A stretch of 64,000 nucleotides of DNA, from contig CAZJVE010000001.1 of NCBI GenBank assembly GCA_964549685.1, positions 116,098 to 180,097 on the forward strand, read 5' to 3'. The position numbers and the translations under genes were made by a program. The notes below the pieces were generated by a model. That model ran no database searches and had not been told where the DNA came from. It worked only from the letters and a program-made list of their open reading frames with translations. This stretch comes from an uncultured archaeon (GTDB lineage: Archaea > Altiarchaeota > Altiarchaeia > IMC4 > QMZM01). Below are positions 51,821 through 61,258 of this stretch, in pieces (position 1 is the stretch's first letter; each line of letters starts with the position of its first letter).

Positions 51821-52024
51821 CTCTTTTATCACGACATCGCACGCTGCAAGAATCGTTAGACCGATAATTGCCGAGATCAGAAAACGCAGACCCGGGTCAT
51901 TTGGAAATAAATAGACGTCCAGCAGGCCCCAGATTCCGTGCCAGAACATAATCACTGCAACACCGATTATAAGGGCAAATAGCTTTTGATGATTTACCTC
52001 TAACTTTTTAAACGCCTTTAGCAT
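51812..52024 (-). CDS. Small two-TM membrane protein
   Basis: FW.GIWGLLD.YLFP motif; hydrophobic. Confidence 0.7.
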   Translation of the reverse strand: MLKAFKKLEVNHQKLFALIIGVAVIMFWHGIWGLLDVYLFPNDPGLRFLISAIIGLTILAACDVVIKELV

Positions 52025-52051
52025 ATTTATCTATTACTCTTTTATTAAAAA

Positions 52052-53284
52052 ATGTTTATCGGTTTGGATGATACGGACTCCCTGAAGGGGGGATGCACCA
52101 CTTACCTAGCAGCGCTGCTGTGTAGGGAGCTAGGCACTACAACACGCCCCCGACTCATCCGGCTCAACCCGAACATCCCCTACAAGACAAGAGGCAACGG
52201 CGCAGTCGCAATTGAGGTGGATGGAAACCCTGCTAGAATAAAGGAAACGGCCCTGAAACTGGTCAAGAAACGCGCCCACACCCAGGACAAGAGAACAAAC
52301 CCCGGTGTGGCATTCATTGATAATCTAAATTCAAAAAATAAAGACATTTTAAATGAATTCTACCAGAGAGCGGTCTCAGAACTCGTAACGATAGAGGAAG
52401 CCGATGAAACCGCAGCAAGGGCTGTGGCCGAAACCCACAAATTCAACAACGGCAGGGGCATCATCGGCGCACTGGCAGCAATCGGTGCAGAACTTGATGA
52501 CAGGACCTATGAGCTAATTGCCTACAGGACGAAGGAGAACTGCGGCAAGCCGAAGAAGATAGACGAGGATTCCGTATTCTTGATGCATGAACAATTCCAC
52601 CCCAAGGTATTCAACTCCATTGACCCAGAGACGAATCAAATCCTTATAACCCCACACGGCTACGACCCGGTCTTCTGTGGCATCCGGGGAGAATCTCCCG
52701 GCGCAGTTTTGAAAGCATGGAAGGCCATAAAACCCCTGGAAGAGATAGAACTCACCCAAATATTTGAGACAAACCAAGCTACAGATGCTCATTTGAGAAA
52801 TAGAAAAATCTCTGAATTAAAGCCCCATGACTGCGCAATTCTGGAAGGCGCCGTTGCCAAAGACCCAAGAACAATCGAGGGCGGCCACGTGCTCTTCTCA
52901 ATTGCTGACAGCACGGCAGAGATTGATTGCGCGGCCTACGAGCCAACAGGAGGATTCAGAGAAATAGCAAGGAAACTGCTGCCCGGGGACAGGATTCGTG
53001 CCTACGGCGGGATTGGAAAATATATTAATACTCTAAACCTTGAGAAAATTGAAATTTTAGAATTGGTTAAGGCCTACAAGAAGGAATCTCCTGCCTGTTG
53101 CGGCCGGAGGATGACCTCAGCAGGAAAAGACAAGGGCTTCAAGTGCAGGAAGTGCGGCAAGAGAAAGGACTCGAACTCTGCAGCAACCCAGGAAATTCCC
53201 CGGGGACTTAAAGAAGGATTCTACGAGGCACCACCCAGGGCGATGAGGCACCTGAGCAAGCCGATAATAAGGGCGCAGCAGTGA
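52052..53284 (+). CDS. tiaS: tRNA(Ile2) agmatinylcytidine synthetase
   Basis: GLDDTDS..GGCTTY, RLNPNIPYKTRGNG, TNQATD.H, RHLSKP. Confidence 0.95.
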   Translation: MFIGLDDTDSLKGGCTTYLAALLCRELGTTTRPRLIRLNPNIPYKTRGNGAVAIEVDGNPARIKETALKLVKKRAHTQDKRTNPGVAFIDNLNSKNKDILNEFYQRAVSELVTIEEADETAARAVAETHKFNNGRGIIGALAAIGAELDDRTYELIAYRTKENCGKPKKIDEDSVFLMHEQFHPKVFNSIDPETNQILITPHGYDPVFCGIRGESPGAVLKAWKAIKPLEEIELTQIFETNQATDAHLRNRKISELKPHDCAILEGAVAKDPRTIEGGHVLFSIADSTAEIDCAAYEPTGGFREIARKLLPGDRIRAYGGIGKYINTLNLEKIEILELVKAYKKESPACCGRRMTSAGKDKGFKCRKCGKRKDSNSAATQEIPRGLKEGFYEAPPRAMRHLSKPIIRAQQ

Positions 53285-53371
53285 ATTTCAACAGACAAAA
53301 CCGATATGTAGTGCCTAACTTTTCTCCAACCTATTTAATCCTCCACTCCTAATTCTATTACACTCCCAGAG

Positions 53372-55513
53372 ATGGAAAACAACTACAAATCCAAGGTCAA
53401 GGTAAGGACGTCCAAGACAACTTTTGAGAGATTTGACAGCGAAAAGATAACGAAATCCCTGGTGCGGGAGACCGGCCTTGACGAGAAGAAATCAAGAGAG
53501 GTAGCGGAGGCAGTCGAGGCGGAACTTCAGGGACTTAAGCTCGAATACGTCACTGCTCCATTAATCAGAGAGATAGCAAACGTAAAGCTGCTTGAGCACG
53601 GCCTTGAGGACGTAAGGGCCAAATATACCCGTCTCGGAATGCCAGTCTATGACGTAAAAAACCTGATAGAGCTCCCCTCAAAGGAGAACGCAAACCTGCA
53701 ATATAATCCTGAATCCATTCATAAGCTTCTTGCAGACCAGGTCTCTAAGGAATATACTCTGATAAACGTGCTTCCTCTGGAGCTGGCAGACGCTCACATG
53801 GCGGGCGAAATCCATATTCACGACCTGGACTACTTCATAAGGCCCTTCTGTTTCAGCCATGATATAAGATTCTTCCTAAAGAACGGCTTCAAGGCCGATG
53901 GGATTGGCAACCACACAGCAATTGCGGGGCCCGCAAAGCGCCCCGAGGTAGCCTTCCTCCATGCAGCAAAGGTCCTTGCAGCATCGCAGACAAACTGTGC
54001 GGGAGGACAGGGCTTCAGCTTTTTCAATACATTTCTTGCGCCCTTCATAGCAGGCCTTGACTACAAGAAGATAAAACAGCTGGCCCAGATGTTCATCTAC
54101 GAGCTGTCGCAGATGTACGTTGCAAGGGGCGGCCAGGTTGTTTTCAGCTCAATAGACTGCGACATGTCGGTTCCAAAGCAGTTCAGGGACATCCCCGCAA
54201 TCCTGCCCGGCGGGGACGTCAAGGAATCTGTAACATACGCGGACTTTGAGGACGAAACAAGAAGTTTATTTAATGCAATCCTTGATGTCTATCTCGAGGG
54301 GGACTGCATAGGAAAGCCCTTTAATTTCCCCAAATTCGAGGTACAGGTTCACCCTAAGGATCTAAAAAACGGCAAGAACGATGAAGAATTGATGAGGGTA
54401 TCGGAGCTGGCTGCAAAATTCGGAACCCCATATTACATAATAAACCAGCCATACATGCCGGAATTTGCTTGCTACCAATGTTGTTCGTTCCTTATGCCGT
54501 TAGACGAATCATCAACAGATGATGACGTAAGGGACGGAACCATAAGGGGTGGCGGTCTGCAGGTTATAACAACAAACCTGCCGCAGATTGCTTATGAAGC
54601 AAATGGCAACGACGACAAATTCTTCGAGCTCCTTCAAGACAGGATGGAGAAGGCAAAGAAGACGCTCCTGCTGAAAAGGCAGACCATAACGAGAAACCTT
54701 AACAACAACCTGCTTCCATTCATGGGCCAGCCGGTAAACGACAAGGAGAGATACCTTGAGGTTGACAAGCAAAGCTACATAATCGGGCTAGTTGGCATGA
54801 ACGAAGCCGTAAAGGCACACACAGGGGAGGAGCTACACGAGTCGGATAACGCATGGAAATTCGGTCTTAAGGTAATGAAGGCGATGAAGGACACGGTAGC
54901 ACAGTTCAGAGACGAAACGAAGCTCAACTTCACTCTTGCTAGAACCCCTGCAGAATCATCTGCTTACAGGCTCGCTCAGATAGACCTTAAGAAATACGGC
55001 GACAAGGCAGTAGTGAACGGCGAAAATGATTCGGCCTACTACACCAACTCATTCCACACAAGGCCCTCGGCAGAAATTCCCCTATGGAAGAAGCTCACAG
55101 TAGAAGGGGCCTTCCATCCCCTAACAGACGGGGGGGCGCTGAGTCACGTATATCTTTCGGAAAAGAACCCGAGCCCCGAGGGCATATATGAACTGACAAA
55201 GAAGATTGCAACAAAGACAGCCATACAGTATTTCGCCTTTACTAAGGACCTCTCAGTATGCAGCAAATGCAACTTCACCTCCGGCGGGCTTGTTAATGAG
55301 TGCCCGAACTGCAACTCCAAGAACATTGACTGGTGGTCCAGAATCACGGGATACTATCAGAACGTTGCAGGCTGGAACAAAGGCAAACTGGCAGAGCTTA
55401 GCGAAAGGAGAAGGTACGGTCTTTCCGACGACTCAGGGGAACTCTCATTAAACGTAAAGAAGAAACTCAGCAAGGAAGGCAAAGCCAACTGGAATGGGAA
55501 CTTTGACTTTTAA
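53372..55513 (+). CDS. nrdD: Anaerobic (class III) ribonucleoside-triphosphate reductase with ATP cone
   Basis: IHIHDLD, YQCC finger loop, TPAES, YYTNS, CxxC...CxxC, glycyl-radical loop RITGY. Confidence 0.95.
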   Translation: MENNYKSKVKVRTSKTTFERFDSEKITKSLVRETGLDEKKSREVAEAVEAELQGLKLEYVTAPLIREIANVKLLEHGLEDVRAKYTRLGMPVYDVKNLIELPSKENANLQYNPESIHKLLADQVSKEYTLINVLPLELADAHMAGEIHIHDLDYFIRPFCFSHDIRFFLKNGFKADGIGNHTAIAGPAKRPEVAFLHAAKVLAASQTNCAGGQGFSFFNTFLAPFIAGLDYKKIKQLAQMFIYELSQMYVARGGQVVFSSIDCDMSVPKQFRDIPAILPGGDVKESVTYADFEDETRSLFNAILDVYLEGDCIGKPFNFPKFEVQVHPKDLKNGKNDEELMRVSELAAKFGTPYYIINQPYMPEFACYQCCSFLMPLDESSTDDDVRDGTIRGGGLQVITTNLPQIAYEANGNDDKFFELLQDRMEKAKKTLLLKRQTITRNLNNNLLPFMGQPVNDKERYLEVDKQSYIIGLVGMNEAVKAHTGEELHESDNAWKFGLKVMKAMKDTVAQFRDETKLNFTLARTPAESSAYRLAQIDLKKYGDKAVVNGENDSAYYTNSFHTRPSAEIPLWKKLTVEGAFHPLTDGGALSHVYLSEKNPSPEGIYELTKKIATKTAIQYFAFTKDLSVCSKCNFTSGGLVNECPNCNSKNIDWWSRITGYYQNVAGWNKGKLAELSERRRYGLSDDSGELSLNVKKKLSKEGKANWNGNFDF

Positions 55514-55514
55514 A

Positions 55515-55763
55515 ATGGCCAGGCTAAAACTCTTCACAGCGACCAAATGCCCCAAATGCCCAGAGGCAAAGAGGGTCGTTGAGGAAGTAGCAAAGGATTT
55601 AAACCTAGAGTATGAAATTGTTAACATAGACGAGGGAGATAACCTCATCAACGCATTGCAATATCAGATTGCCTCCACCCCCTCAATAGTGATAGATGAG
55701 CAGGCGGAATTCATAGGAGCTGTTCCAACCAAGGAGGAACTGGTACAAAAACTAAACAAATAG
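55515..55763 (+). CDS. Thioredoxin/glutaredoxin-like protein (NrdH-like)
   Basis: CPKC, STP; starts 1 nt after the nrdD stop. Confidence 0.87.
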   Translation: MARLKLFTATKCPKCPEAKRVVEEVAKDLNLEYEIVNIDEGDNLINALQYQIASTPSIVIDEQAEFIGAVPTKEELVQKLNK

Positions 55764-55767
55764 CAGA

Positions 55768-56730
55768 ATGTATCATATAGCTGCTTACTCCCAGAACGAT
55801 TCTGAAATCCACAAAGCAACGGACATATCGGAGGTCAAGAAATTTCTCGGCAAACACCCAGTTACATGGCTTCATATTTCTCATCCAAAGGGAAAAGACA
55901 TCAAGGCTCTTGCTGAGATATTTGGCTTTCACCACCTTCCACTAGAGGACAGCATAAAATTCAAGCAGAGGCCGAAATTTGAAGACTACGAGGAGCACTT
56001 CTTCCTGACAATAAACATAATCGAATACTCCAAGGCGGTTGAGGCCCACCAGCTTGCGATGTTTGTTGGCGATGATTATGTCGTTACAATATGCGAAAAG
56101 GAAAACAACTGCATAGACGAGGCCCTGAAAAGGATAGAGGCAAAGAACCCGAGAATTCTTGCCAACAAGACCGGATTCCTCTGTTACCTCATTCTCGATA
56201 CGGTAATAAACAACTATTTCCCGCCGCTTGACGCGGTTGAGGAGGAGATAGAGAACATTGAGAAAGAGATAGTGAGGAAGGCCTCCAAGAAAACCCTCCA
56301 GAAAATCTTCCGGTTAAGGAAGAGCCTCCTGCTCCTGAGAAAGGCAATCTGGCCCGCCAGGGAAATGATATATGAATTACAAATGGCGGACATGCCGAAG
56401 TCCGAGAGAAAAACGACGGTCTATTACAGGGACCTATACGACCACATAACGAGAGTGATAGACATGGTGGAAACATACAGGGAGCTGTTAACCGGGTCTC
56501 TTGACACATACCTGTCGACAATCTCAAACAACATGAACGAGGTCATGAAGGTCCTCACGATAGTAGCATCATTAATAATGATACCGACCCTTATCTCAGG
56601 CATATACGGCATGAATTTCAGGTACATGCCGGAACTACAATGGACCTACGGCTACCCATTCGCGCTGTCTCTGATGGCATTCACAATGCTCGCAATGCTC
56701 CTCTACTTCAGGCGCAAGGACTGGATATAA
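55768..56730 (+). CDS. corA: Magnesium transporter CorA
   Basis: QRPK, MK.LT...GIYGMNF..MPEL.W.YGY. Confidence 0.95.
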   Translation: MYHIAAYSQNDSEIHKATDISEVKKFLGKHPVTWLHISHPKGKDIKALAEIFGFHHLPLEDSIKFKQRPKFEDYEEHFFLTINIIEYSKAVEAHQLAMFVGDDYVVTICEKENNCIDEALKRIEAKNPRILANKTGFLCYLILDTVINNYFPPLDAVEEEIENIEKEIVRKASKKTLQKIFRLRKSLLLLRKAIWPAREMIYELQMADMPKSERKTTVYYRDLYDHITRVIDMVETYRELLTGSLDTYLSTISNNMNEVMKVLTIVASLIMIPTLISGIYGMNFRYMPELQWTYGYPFALSLMAFTMLAMLLYFRRKDWI

Positions 56731-56786
56731 CACTTTTCCTGCACCCTTTGCTCCTCTAGTAATATACTGACTTCTAATTTCCTATA

Positions 56787-58049
56787 ATGCAAAACCCTAA
56801 GCGCAAGCAAGGCTGCCAGATAACGAAGGCTATAAAGAGAACCTACCCCAGAAACAAAGAGACATGTCTGCTTTGCAAGGGAGGAAGGCTGCTCTGCGGC
56901 ATGCCGTCCTGCCCACTTCTCAGAAAGATAAACATCCAAAGGCCGATAAAGGAAAGGCTCTCAAAGGACATGTCAGGGCCATCCCCATCCATATTCGTGG
57001 GCTGGAATGGCTACCCGGACGTATTTGTTGGACCGATGACTTCACTTGACCCAGAGAAGGCGCACCTTCTCGACGACCCATCGAAGTGGTACGGCCTTGG
57101 CTTCGACGACATCATAGGGATGCGCTCCGTCCTGGTGAGGTCAAAGAAGCGGGAGGGAATTCACACAAGAAACAGATTCATCGAGAATTCTCAGGAAATC
57201 GCCCTGGCAGTAAAACCCACCGAAATCGAAACAGAGTTCAAGAAAACGCCCTCCTACTCAATCTCCTTCTCGTCCCTGAGCCAGCCAATGGGCCCCTCCG
57301 GCGTTCTGGAAAGGCTCCGGGTAACGGAAAACCCGAAAATCCCGAGAAAGGTAGACTCCATAGTCTCCGACGAGCTAAAGGCCGCTGATATGGCCACCCG
57401 GCTCTATGACAAGGACTTCGACGTCTACTATCTCACGAAAGCACTGGCATCGGGGGCCCTGGGCCTCAACGATAACAAAAAAATGGTTCCCACTCGCTGG
57501 TCCATTACTGCTGTTGATGACATGATATCCAAGGACCAGATGGAGAGGGTCCGGGAATACCCATCAATAAACGAATTCCGGGTTTATAGCAACGAATACC
57601 TCCATAACCACTTTGAGGTCCTCCTCATGCCCGGCCCCTGGGAGTTCGAGCAGTTCGAGGCATGGGCCCCAAAGACCCTCTGGACCCAGCACAGCAAGGA
57701 ACCCATAATCCAGGAGGAACACGAGCTCTTCAAGGGCCGCACATCATATGCCATGAAGGAGGCCGGCGGTTACTATGCAGGAAGAATAGGAGTAACCGGG
57801 GCCCTCGACCGCATGAAAAGACAGGCTCGCGCAATAATCTTCAGGGAAATCTCCGAGGACTATATAATCCCAGTTGGAGTGTGGGAGGTAAGAGAGAACG
57901 TAAGAAAAGCAATGGAGAAGAAACCAGGAAAATTTACTACCCTTAAAGAAGCACTACAGGACGTAAATTCCAGACTTGCTATTCCAATCCGTGAATATAT
58001 GAAAAGAAGTGAAATTCTCAAACAGAGAAGACTGAATGAGTGGGTTTGA
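56787..58049 (+). CDS. nreA: Nre-family DNA repair protein
   Basis: CxxC...CG...CP, PTRWSITAVD, C-terminal PIP box QRRLNEWV. Confidence 0.92.
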   Translation: MQNPKRKQGCQITKAIKRTYPRNKETCLLCKGGRLLCGMPSCPLLRKINIQRPIKERLSKDMSGPSPSIFVGWNGYPDVFVGPMTSLDPEKAHLLDDPSKWYGLGFDDIIGMRSVLVRSKKREGIHTRNRFIENSQEIALAVKPTEIETEFKKTPSYSISFSSLSQPMGPSGVLERLRVTENPKIPRKVDSIVSDELKAADMATRLYDKDFDVYYLTKALASGALGLNDNKKMVPTRWSITAVDDMISKDQMERVREYPSINEFRVYSNEYLHNHFEVLLMPGPWEFEQFEAWAPKTLWTQHSKEPIIQEEHELFKGRTSYAMKEAGGYYAGRIGVTGALDRMKRQARAIIFREISEDYIIPVGVWEVRENVRKAMEKKPGKFTTLKEALQDVNSRLAIPIREYMKRSEILKQRRLNEWV

Positions 58050-58138
58050 TAGTGTAGTGCCTAACTCAAACTGTCAATTGTTAGCAACACTTCGCAAGAA
58101 CTGTAAATTATTAGTAACGGTTTTCAAGCAACCGAAAT

Positions 58139-58945
58139 TCATCTATCTCGTCTGTAGCGACACCTTTCTAGCCCTGGGTTGTTGTAATACTCATGCACGA
58201 TTGTTCCTAGATAAGCATCCACAAATATATCCTTGCACATATTTATCTTCACCATCCAAGCCAGATGATAGCTTAATTCACTCCCCCCCTTTTTAGGGTA
58301 GATATACAACGTTGTATCTATCCCATAGGCCTGCTCCCTTGAGATGTTCACAAAGTCGAGTGCAATATCCTCCGCCTCCTCCTTTGTCAGCCTTGGTGTT
58401 GTTGGAATGGAGATATTTGGGTAGAACTGATTAGTAAGGGTTTGCATCTTACCATCTCTTAGGATAGACATCATGACAAAACCCCGGTAGACTGGTACCT
58501 GATTGTATACCTGCATATAGTCCACACCCCATTTCTTACCATCAGTAGACTCCTCTAATCGCTTTATTTCTAAGTCCTCTATGTTAACATTGAGAAGCTC
58601 TTTGTTTTCATTTAGGAAGTTCATAACTACTTGCTTGGCTATTTCGGCTGTTGAAACATTAAGGTCAGTTATCTTTACAAACTTTGAAAGTCTTTCTGGC
58701 GAGCCCGTGTAGGAGTTCCATCTCATGGAGTGGAAGTCTCCGTATTTTTCCTTAAACTCCTCCCACTCAACAAGCGCCCCCTTCGAAGGGACTCTCCCTA
58801 CCTTAATAACCTGTGGATAGTTCTCAGGCACGGTTACCTGAGCCGTGGTTGTGGTAGCAATTTCCTCCTGATAAACGTCAACACACCCGCTAAACAGCAC
58901 AGCCAGCACCACCAAACCCACGAATTCACTCCGGAATTCCATCAT
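58139..58945 (-). CDS. Lipoprotein-like FTP/PepSY propeptide-domain protein without a peptidase domain
   Basis: LFSGC lipobox-like motif; Y.QVYN.VPV..G (FTP) and LAW.V...FVDA..G.IV (PepSY). Confidence 0.65.
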   Translation of the reverse strand: MMEFRSEFVGLVVLAVLFSGCVDVYQEEIATTTTAQVTVPENYPQVIKVGRVPSKGALVEWEEFKEKYGDFHSMRWNSYTGSPERLSKFVKITDLNVSTAEIAKQVVMNFLNENKELLNVNIEDLEIKRLEESTDGKKWGVDYMQVYNQVPVYRGFVMMSILRDGKMQTLTNQFYPNISIPTTPRLTKEEAEDIALDFVNISREQAYGIDTTLYIYPKKGGSELSYHLAWMVKINMCKDIFVDAYLGTIVHEYYNNPGLERCRYRRDR

Positions 58946-60414
58946 CTCTTCTTCTTCCTGAAGATAATCGAGCTGAATATCGTTAGAACCGGAAATATCT
59001 CGAGCCTGCCTATCCACATCAATGCAATTAGAGCAAGCTTCCCCAGTGAGTTCATCATGAACCATGGGGCTCCACCGACATTAACAAGCCCGACATTGCC
59101 CATGGCTGAGAGAGTCAGGAAGAGGGACTGTATGTTTGAATATCCAAGAAACATCATGGCGAAGGTGCCGACAATTGCGACAAACATGTAGGCAAAAGAC
59201 AGCCCGAGAACGAAGAACACCTCCTCGTTCTCCATGGGCTTTCCACCCAGTTTTATCTTCAGGACTGCCGACTTTGGCAGAATCAGCCTCTTGAGATTGT
59301 ATTTAACGACGCTGAGGATTAGAATAAACCTGAGAATCTTTATTCCTCCGGCGGTTGAGCCATACATGCCTCCAATATACATCAGCATCGCAAGAACAGC
59401 GATTGGGAGGTCGGGCCAGTTGCCCAGGTCTATGGTGGAGAAGCCCGTACAGGTCATAGCAGCAACGGCCTGGAACAGGCTAACCCGGAACGCATTTACA
59501 GCCGTGCCGTGAAAATTAAACCAGAACGCTGCCAGGATAATGGCAACAGAGACAGCCAGAAGCCCCATCATGTATCTGAATTCGATGTTCTTGAAGAGGG
59601 CCTTAATCTGGCCGTTAAAGAGCCTGAAGTGTATCAGGAATCCAACAGCACCTATAATCATGAACGCCATCAGGATGAATTCAATCAAAGGATTGTTGTA
59701 GTAAGCTATACTGCTTGCATGCGTGGTAAATCCACCAGTCGATAACGCCGAGAAGGCCTGCACTATCGCATCAAAGAACGGCATCCCCGCAAGGTAGAGT
59801 AGAGATATACACGCAAGGGTATAGATTGAATATATCTTCCAGGTCTCCTTTATCGTGTTCTTGATTCTGGGCCTTATCTTCTGCTCCCCAACCTCTGAGG
59901 AATAATAATCTCTGGCGACCGTGCCCTTTCTCATAAGGACAACCAATACAAGGACAATTATTCCGATACCCCCGACCCATTGAGTGAGGGCCCGGTAAAA
60001 TAGAACGTCCCTTGCAACCAACTCCGGCTGCTCTATCATCGTCATGCCCGTTGTTGTCCACCCAGACATGGACTCAAAGAAGGCATCCAAAGGAGCAAGG
60101 GTTCCGGAGATAATGAACGGCAGAGAGCCGACAAGGGCTATAATGAGCCACGCAAGGGAGGTGGTAATCATGGCGTGCTTCGTCTTTGAGGGAGAATCCT
60201 CAATATCCACCCTGCTGAACATGATAAAGAGAAGGTACAAGATTACTGCTGGGGTGATAAAGGCAAGCAGGCTATTGACGGAAAGCCCGCCGCTAACCAG
60301 GGCATAATACAGGGTGAGGGCAAGAGGCACGAGGAATATAAGGGACACTACCCTACATATGCCCCCTAGGTCATAGAGAGATATCTTAATGTCTTGAAGA
60401 CTTACTGAAAGCAT
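58942..60414 (-). CDS. trkH: TrkH potassium uptake permease
   Basis: ESMSGWTTTG, STGGF, GSTAGGIK, GNVG, GRLE. Confidence 0.94.
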   Translation of the reverse strand: MLSVSLQDIKISLYDLGGICRVVSLIFLVPLALTLYYALVSGGLSVNSLLAFITPAVILYLLFIMFSRVDIEDSPSKTKHAMITTSLAWLIIALVGSLPFIISGTLAPLDAFFESMSGWTTTGMTMIEQPELVARDVLFYRALTQWVGGIGIIVLVLVVLMRKGTVARDYYSSEVGEQKIRPRIKNTIKETWKIYSIYTLACISLLYLAGMPFFDAIVQAFSALSTGGFTTHASSIAYYNNPLIEFILMAFMIIGAVGFLIHFRLFNGQIKALFKNIEFRYMMGLLAVSVAIILAAFWFNFHGTAVNAFRVSLFQAVAAMTCTGFSTIDLGNWPDLPIAVLAMLMYIGGMYGSTAGGIKILRFILILSVVKYNLKRLILPKSAVLKIKLGGKPMENEEVFFVLGLSFAYMFVAIVGTFAMMFLGYSNIQSLFLTLSAMGNVGLVNVGGAPWFMMNSLGKLALIALMWIGRLEIFPVLTIFSSIIFRKKKR

Positions 60415-60463
60415 CGTAATAATAAATAAAAAGACAATAAGTTAAATACTCCCCAAAGGAAAA

Positions 60464-61258
60464 ATGCCCACCGTAGAATTCGATTTTCAGGATCTGACCC
60501 AGCTCATCGGAAGGGAATTCAAGCCGCATGAATTGAAGGACAGAATCTCGATGCTCGGAATCGACCTAGAGGATATTAATTCCAAATCCATTAGCATGGA
60601 GGTCTTTCCAGACAGACCGGACCTCCTCTCGGCGGAGGGCTTCTCAAGAGCGCTTGAAGGGGCACTCGGAATCAAGACCGGGCTCAAGGACTATCGTGTA
60701 AAGGAGTCAGGCATGAAGCTTTTGGTCGATTCCTCAGTAAAAAACGTAAGGCCATTCATTGCTTCAGGGATTATGAGGGAGGTCTCAATCACCGGGGAGA
60801 ATCTAATCTCTCTCATGGACATTCAGGAGAAACTTCACATAACCCATGGAAGGAACAGAAAGAAGGTGGCCATAGGAGTCCACGACCTGAGCAGGATAGA
60901 GCCCCCTTTCACATACAAGGCAGTAAAGCCAAATGAACTCAGGTTCGTGCCCCTGGACATGCATGAGGAATTAACACCCGGCGAAATTCTCAGGAAGCAT
61001 CCAAAGGGAATAGACTACGCATACGTCCTTCAGGACCTTGACAGGTATCCAATAATCCTGGACAAGAATGACAACGTTCTCTCCTTCCCCCCAATCATAA
61101 ACGGCGAGCTTACCAGAGTTTCTGATAACACGAAGGATATCTTTATAGAGATTACCGGCATGGAGCAGAGGGCCGTCAACCAGGCATTAAACATCCTTGT
61201 AACGTCCATTGCCGAAAGGGGCGGGGAGATTCAATCCGTTGAAATTCTGCCAAGATGA
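60464..61258 (+). CDS. pheT: Phenylalanyl-tRNA synthetase beta subunit, N-terminal (B3/4) part only
   Basis: DRPDLLS.EG, QEKLH.T.GR.RKK.AIG.HD, SFPPIING; stops at 264 aa. Confidence 0.8.
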   Translation: MPTVEFDFQDLTQLIGREFKPHELKDRISMLGIDLEDINSKSISMEVFPDRPDLLSAEGFSRALEGALGIKTGLKDYRVKESGMKLLVDSSVKNVRPFIASGIMREVSITGENLISLMDIQEKLHITHGRNRKKVAIGVHDLSRIEPPFTYKAVKPNELRFVPLDMHEELTPGEILRKHPKGIDYAYVLQDLDRYPIILDKNDNVLSFPPIINGELTRVSDNTKDIFIEITGMEQRAVNQALNILVTSIAERGGEIQSVEILPR

